A stretch of 63,688 nucleotides of DNA, the filler included. It is 5 parts of 5 records of this genome, joined end to end, with 100 filler letters (N's around TTAATTAATTAA, not from the genome) between each part and the next. Parts side by side here need not be neighbours in the genome. Positions count along the whole stretch, not along the records: positions 54,759 to 63,688 come from SRR2962707_2020; 4 more parts are not named here. One strand, written 5' to 3'. The translations under genes were made by a program, and so were the position numbers. The notes under the pieces were generated by a model that had not been told where the DNA came from, did not search any database, and saw only the letters and a program-made list of their open reading frames with translations. Below, piece after piece: positions 58,001 to 63,688 of the stretch. The first letter of the stretch is position 1; each line of letters begins with the position of its first letter.

Positions 58001-61000
58001 CCGAAACCGTCGGGTGCCACTCAGCCTGGCCGCCCAGTTTTTAGCTGGAGCTGCGGAGGTCTTGTCGGGCAAGGCTCCGTCTGCACGAGGAACGGCAAAA
58101 GCTGAAATACAAGCGTTGCGCGTTGTGGGGCTGCTTGAAGCAAGCGGGTTGCTGGTCACGCGGTGCCATTTTGGCGCACCAGAGCCTCAGGGTGACCATC
58201 CAAACGCCCCAGGATCTGCCGGCACGGCCTTGCGGCTTGACTCTACAGTTCTTTTTTTCAATCATGCCATCCACGAAGCACTTGGGCATCTTATTGAGAC
58301 AAAAGTAAAGCTTCTACCAGTGATAGCTGGACTTTTTCACGACACGTACCGCGGTGCCGTAGCCGCCGCCCTTGGCAGCAGCTCAGGTGTGCCTCCCCGT
58401 GACACTGGCGAAGGTGATGTTTCACTGAGGTCAGGCAACCGTCTCGTTACGCCCGAGGGTTGCCTGTCGGCACTGCATACGCCTTTCAGCGCACCGCAGG
58501 CGACGTCTCGACAGAAGAGGAATCGCGGGAAGAGCAGCAACAATGGGCAGCGCGAAAAAAGTGCCCCTGTAGTTGGGGGGGAAGTTGCCTCCCTTGCGGT
58601 CGCGGAGAGCATAGCGCATCTTCACGCGCTGCTTTCGAAACATCGCGTGTCAAAAATTCAAATCAAGCGGTCATTGGATGATTTTCTTCACTACTTTCTG
58701 GATTTGGGGTTGTTTGCAACGGAACTTCATGCAGCAGAACTTGCCCAAGAATACTTTGGTTTGTACTACAGATAGTTTGGATTGCTTGCAGGGTTTTGCG
58801 TTGCGGTCTTGGCTTCATGTGGTTGTGTGGTCGTGTCTCCTTCAGTCACGCTTGCTTTCTCCGACGCTGGTTGAACAATATGTGCGTGGCTATTTTCTGT
58901 GTGCAGACCAGGTGTGCCACTGGGTGGGTTATGCCCCAGACAAGCCATCCAAGAAAGAAGCGGCGACCGGAATGATCCCACGCGCTGCGGCGCTGCATCG
59001 GCACATGGCCTTTGTCGCACACAGGCAGCGCATTTCATTGCTTGCTGCAGATCGTAATTTTGACGCTGCTTTGGGCCAGTGTCGTGAACTTCATCAACTT
59101 CTCCGGCTCGGTGCGCAAGGTGCAGCAGCTATGCGGAAGCATGGGAACCTTTCTGAAGACGGAGGAGGCGGCGAACCCAAATTCTTCACCCACGATCCAG
59201 AGCTGGGTGCGCTGTTGCTGGCGGCAAGCTTGCTGGAGGCGGACTTGCGCTGGCGAATGCACAGCTGGGAGCCTTGCTATGCTGCCTATGACAAGGTCAT
59301 GGCAACTCCAGCAAAAGCAGGAAAGACTGTGAAGCCAGGTATTTTTGGCAAATCAAATTGCAATGGTGGCTGTTGCGAGCGCGAGGCAAGGCTCACTGAA
59401 ACGTTTTGCGTGCCCTGTCGACGTCGTTGTGCTGCTAGGGCTCACGTCTTATCCACCGGATTCCGTGGCGGCTCGCGTGACGTACCGCATGGGCTTCATC
59501 CGGCTGCACCGAGTATTTCGCCGCTCTGCTTCTGTGTCAGCGCGGCAGCAAACGCTTAAGCGGGGTGGCCCCGATGACGCCAAGATCCATGAGGTGGAAG
59601 CAGCGGCAGAACTTGTTCAGCGGTCCCTTGCACTGCAGCAAGCGGTCTATGGCGGCGCCGTGGCGAGATTTGAAACCGGCCTTGCGCTTCATGCGCTCGG
59701 CAATGCACTGACTTTGCTCCTTCCATCGCCGGTGAAAGCGCTTGGAATTATTGAACAGGCGCTGGCGATGTTTCAACGATTGCTGGCACAATTGGGAAGC
59801 AAGCCGTCAATTGTCTTGAATGCTGGTGCACACAAGCAAGAACAAACGGCAAATCAAGCAGCGTCAGCTGTGGCAATGTTGGCGCCCGAAACTGCCTTTT
59901 CCGAAGCCAATCTGGCAAGGGGGGCAGAGTTGCAGCGTTTGGGAATCGACTGGACCCTCGCCGACCTCGTCGTTGCCATCGGCCATGTATATTACGACCT
60001 GGGCGTGCATTTTTTGGGGGGTGCCCCTCTTCCAAAACTACAGACAGTGAAGGAAATTACAGAAGAGTCCGAGGAGACAAAGGAGCAAGCCCTTTCGAAT
60101 GAGTTGTCTCGGCGAGAGCAGGCCGCAGCTGCCGTTGTATCAGCAGGCGCGGCCGCCCTTCCATATTTCCGTTCGTGTTTGGAACATTTATTGCTTGTGA
60201 AAAACGATCCATCCGTTGCGTCGTTCTGCTCCAGAGGTGTTCAGCGTGCTCATGAGCGGATTAAACAGTGCTACGTGGCGTTTTTTGAGAATCCTGTGCC
60301 TACAAGGGTACAGGATGCCGCTTCTTCCTTGGAGAAGGTCAGTGCTCTTCTTGGACAGAGAGAAAGCCGGCGTCTGCTCAAAAGAACACGTTCTGACAAT
60401 TTCGTTTGTGTGTATGCGCTCATTTGCATTAATCGGGTGCTTTTGTGTCACAAACTGCTCCGAACGTGTGCCTGTTTGAAGGAGGGGTCTTCCGCACGTT
60501 CAGGTCGGTTGACCGGACGAGCACTACTCCGCGAAATCATTCGGTTGCATCCGGTAGTTCACTCGCCGCAGGGAAAAGTGCGCGCGTTGGCAGTGAGGAC
60601 AGCTCGCCGCAACAGCAAGTCATTAGCTGGCCCAGGCCAAACCACGTCCGCGTTTTCTCCAACCACTGGCGATGCACAATTGATTGTTTGCGAAGTGGAT
60701 GACCTGCGGCTTCAATGGATTCGGCGGCACTTGAAACAGGCAGCGTACGTTTGACTTGTGGCACTTTTCGGATGGCAGGCGCAGAACAGATTGTGCTTTG
60801 TGTGCACACCTGCATGTCAGAACTTTGTTGTTCAACGTGTTGATTCTTTGTGATTCGGCAGTTACCTTCGTTTTACGGATTTATCATCGCTGATTAAAAA
60901 ATGCCGCGCGATCCATCGCAAGGAGCAACGTGATCGCGAGGAATCAGGCACGTCCCCAACTGCGACAAAGTCTGGTTTGGTGATTCCAAGACGCAACTTC

Positions 61001-62607
61001 AATGGCATAACTTTGCCGGAGCTGCAAAGAGTTGTGCGCGTTGAGCTGGACGTGCCAGCACGTATGGTCACCGACGATGAAATTGCAAACATCTTTCACT
61101 ACGTCTCTCAGGTGCGATGTCTCTCGCAACTTTTTTCTGTCACACGCGGCTGAAACACTGCTCCATCTTACACGGGTGTGCACGGGTGTGCTGGAGAGTG
61201 GTGACTTGTTGCCCCGACATGTGAGCGATGTGTGGAACTGATTTCTTGCTCGTTGATTTCAGGGTGGGGAAGGCATCGAATACGGCGAGCTGCTGCGTTT
61301 CTTGGTTGACGAAGAGCTGCTGAAAAAGATCCATTTCAAGCTCCAGGCAGCAACGTACAAGTTTGGTGGTCGGGACTTGGAAAACGAAGTATTTCGAAGG
61401 CAGGATGGGGATGGGAGCGGCCAGCTTGACTTCCCGGAGTTTGTGTCGCTGTTCCGAAAGGTTTTGCGGCTCACTCCGCAAGAATGTTCCGACATTGACA
61501 TTCGAACGGTGTTCGAGTACATGGGGGGGAGCTATCTTGCTGGAGTGCAGCAAGAGAGGTTCAAAGAGTTTCTGGACGAGGACTTCGAGCTGGACTTCAT
61601 TTCCAGACGTCTCAAGGTACGTGTTGGCGCGCATATTCAGTTTCGCACCGGGGTACAGGTGTCGAGGTTGTGTGAACTGGCAGAGTTTGCTTGTACATTA
61701 GCATTGTCTCTTTCATTAAATCCGTTTCGGTTGCATGTTTGGCGCCTAGGCTCGAAAGTGGCACATTCCATCAGCAGACGAGCTACTGGGGTCTGGACTG
61801 CAGGAGTGCATGAAACTCAATCGTAGCATTGTGAAGTTGCGGCCGTCGAATGGGCCGGGTTCGAATAGTTCCGGTAGAAGCAAAAGTGCGAAGGTGAAAA
61901 GGAAGAAGAGCAACAAGAGCGGCAGCAGTAGTAGCAGCAACAGTAACACACCTCACCGCCGCCATTCGAATTCCAAATCAGACTCGGTTGGTAGCTCGCG
62001 TCATCGTCGCACGCGTTCCGGTTCAGCTCGAGGCAGCGACACTCGTGGCGTTGCGGCTCGGCGGCGCTCATCTGGCGGGAAGCTGGCATCTACGAGAACT
62101 CCAACACGCTCTCGCGACAGTTCGCGAGGCCCGCCGGCGAGCAACACGAAGGCGAAGGGCAACGGAAGTTCGAAGCCACCACGGTCACGATCACGCTCAG
62201 CATCCGAACCTAGCGGGGCTGCAACCAGCAGTAAGGGGGACAGCAAGCACAAAGTTCGGCGAAGTAGTGGATCTGGTGCAAGTAGCCGAGGTAGCAACAG
62301 CAGTCGAAGCAGCAGCAAGCTGAGCGACGAAACTCTGGAGCAGGGTTCTGGAGGCACACCGTCCACGTCCGAACGTCCACAGGCATTGCCTGCGACTTCC
62401 TCCAAGCTGACGGCCAGCCAGTGTGTGCTTGAGTTTTTTGAGGCACACCACCCCAAAAAGTTGCACGAGGTTCCTGCGGTGCTCTCCAAGTTCCGCGGTA
62501 AGGAACGTAAGTTGCTGCGCACGATCGTCAAGCTCTACGGTGACACGGCCAAAGAGTTTTTCGAAGCAAATGGTTTCAAGGTCAAGATGAAGGACTCTGG
62601 CAAGTGA
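55071..62607 (+). CDS. Spliced eukaryotic gene: EF-hand / coiled coil / degenerate NB-ARC-like NTPase / TPR-like / EF-hand / Ser-rich protein, about 2,295 aa
   Basis: Exons 55071-58758, 58907-59338, 59439-60744, 60862-61111, 61263-61616 and 61750-62607 join in frame through GT-AG introns (6,888 nt including the stop). EF loops are DIDGDGTIDEIE, DTDGTGSISLRE and DGDGSGQLDFPE. Confidence 0.75.
58759..58906 (+). other. Spliceosomal intron (phase 1)
   Basis: GTTTGT...TGTGCAG. Removal joins F-D-Q-V in frame. Confidence 0.75.
59339..59438 (+). other. Spliceosomal intron (phase 1)
   Basis: GTATTT...GCTAG. Removal joins P-G-L-T in frame. Confidence 0.65.
60745..60861 (+). other. Spliceosomal intron (phase 2)
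   Basis: GTACGT...GGCAG. Opens an 83-codon exon missing from the ORF track. Confidence 0.75.
61112..61262 (+). other. Spliceosomal intron (phase 0)
   Basis: CAG|GTGCGA...TTTCAG. In frame with the 61302 ORF. Confidence 0.8.
61617..61749 (+). other. Spliceosomal intron (phase 0)
   Basis: AAG|GTACGT...CCTAG. In frame with the 61810 ORF. Confidence 0.75.
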
Positions 62608-62818
62608 AGTGCCGCAAATGCCAGCAAGGCACTGTGATGAGTCGATCGATAGTGCACTTTTATTTGAGAATAATACATTGTCGACGTTCGTAGATGAGTG
62701 TTTTACCAAAAAGGAAGCAGAAAGACAGACGCCGTTGAAGTTGTTTCGTCAAGAGTCACGCAGGAAATTTAATATTCGAGTTTGTTGCCTTCAGTTGGCA
62801 GCTTGCTCGCACAGGCTA

Positions 62819-63688
62819 CTATGGATGCCCAAACGTCGGATGGTGCGCTGCTTTGCATTCCGGCAATCGGGAGCTGTTGGCGATCGCGCTGCACATGGTC
62901 GAAGTGTTCGCACATGACGGCGGGGTGACGTTGCGCTCCTCACCGAGGGCCATGCAAATGGCACCGAGCACTTCTAGCGGCGTTGGTCCGCACACGAGGG
63001 GAACCGCCTGCGTGGTCGTGACACGGTGAGCCCCGACCGTCACCACAGGTAGCCCACGAGTGCCATAAGTCGCATTGTCTTGGACGCATTGTCGCGCGGA
63101 CGCACTTTGCAAGCTTTGTCCAAGCGCGGAGCTGGGGTCTGCACACGCCTGCAGCGTCGCCCAGTCAATTCCACCCGCGTACGCGCAGTTGCGCATGATG
63201 TCGTTGCCACTCGGATCGGTGAAGTTGTTGTAGGTCGCGCACGGCTGCAAGCACGCAAGTTCAGTGAACACGTCGCACAGCATGCACTGCCCGTACGAGC
63301 AGGACTGGAAGTCGAGCCACACATGCGATGTTCGATACGTAGGTGGCGAGTCCGGTGCCCCCGCTGCAGCTGCAGCGACGGCGAGATGCTGCGCACACAG
63401 GAAGTATCGATGGCCGAGGCATTCCTCCGGTCCGTGAATGCACTTGAACAGCTGCGAGTCATTGAATGGCTTCGGGCAATGGCTGACTGCGTCGTTGCAG
63501 GCCGGCTCAAAGAACTGCCGGAAATCCAGCAGCTCTTGAAAGTCGGGATGGTCCAGAATATGCTTCATGTCAGCCACAAACTGCGCGCTGCACGGACACT
63601 GAGCGTCCGAGTACATCGTCGCCATCAACAGTGCTGAGCCAGCAGAGGCAGAGACAGAGGCAGAGGCAGCAGCAGCAGCAGCAGCAGC
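62819..63688 (-). CDS. GILT (gamma-interferon-inducible lysosomal thiol reductase) family protein, 5'-truncated
   Basis: YSDAQCPCSAQFV active-site region and FKCIHGPEECLG signature (CxHGxxEC). The frame stays open to the window end through a poly-Ala/Ser stretch. Confidence 0.75.
   Translation of the reverse strand, partial: AAAAAAAASASVSASAGSALLMATMYSDAQCPCSAQFVADMKHILDHPDFQELLDFRQFFEPACNDAVSHCPKPFNDSQLFKCIHGPEECLGHRYFLCAQHLAVAAAAAGAPDSPPTYRTSHVWLDFQSCSYGQCMLCDVFTELACLQPCATYNNFTDPSGNDIMRNCAYAGGIDWATLQACADPSSALGQSLQSASARQCVQDNATYGTRGLPVVTVGAHRVTTTQAVPLVCGPTPLEVLGAICMALGEERNVTPPSCANTSTMCSAIANSSRLPECKAAHHPTFGHP
63666..63688 (+). repeat. (GCA)n microsatellite, encoding poly-Ala on the minus strand
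   Basis: GCAGCAGCA... running to the window end. Confidence 0.85.

Noticed and set aside
60578-60695. Extra candidate intron GTGCGC...CGAAG
   Set aside because: At 118 nt, its removal would shift the frame out of register with the downstream exon.
54659-63688. Eukaryotic-type genes next to bacterial genes as horizontal transfer
   Set aside because: A spacer separates them, and the introns and microsatellites show a separate eukaryotic contig.
62819-63688. Selenocysteine in the GILT homologue
   Set aside because: There is no in-frame TGA at the active site, which is encoded by ordinary Cys codons.

Overview
This window is not one locus. It is five unrelated contigs joined by artificial 100-nt spacers (N44-TTAATTAATTAA-N44) at 5677-5776, 19586-19685, 48577-48676 and 54659-54758, so gene adjacency across spacers is meaningless. 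Taxon labels below are inferences from gene content and protein style. Contig 1 (1-5676, Marinobacter-like gammaproteobacterium): DUF2237, tmcA, an ankyrin lipoprotein, a crotonase-family hydrolase, cytochrome c and partial ppnN. Contig 2 (5777-19585, Parvibaculum-like alphaproteobacterium): proBA-nadD-rsfS-rlmH-gpmI-like-envC-ctpA-divergent polysaccharide deacetylase-rppH, two orphan genes, a ferritin-like gene and atpC/atpD. Its gpmI-like gene is full length but has lost the catalytic Ser and five of the metal ligands, so it is a candidate pseudoenzyme in a cell-envelope operon. Contig 3 (19686-48576, Rhodobacteraceae-like): a nicotinate-type catabolic cluster with MarR, an orphan Rieske oxygenase and a LIV-type ABC transporter; a TRAP/IclR/pim-like beta-oxidation cluster with a decayed PaaI gene; and a transglutaminase/ATP-grasp/alpha-E operon preceded by 11-bp-phased repeats. 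Contig 4 (48677-54658, Devosia-like): PhzF, UPF0303, GFA, B12-type radical SAM, an XRE regulator, DUF2061, partial ilvC and an unannotated 40-aa membrane ORF. Contig 5 (54759-63688) is eukaryotic: a spliced gene of about 2,300 aa with EF-hand / degenerate NB-ARC-like NTPase / TPR-like / EF-hand architecture, and a GILT-family thiol reductase. I saw no rRNA, tRNA, CRISPR array or transposase. Family assignments come from motif recognition by eye, not from database searches.
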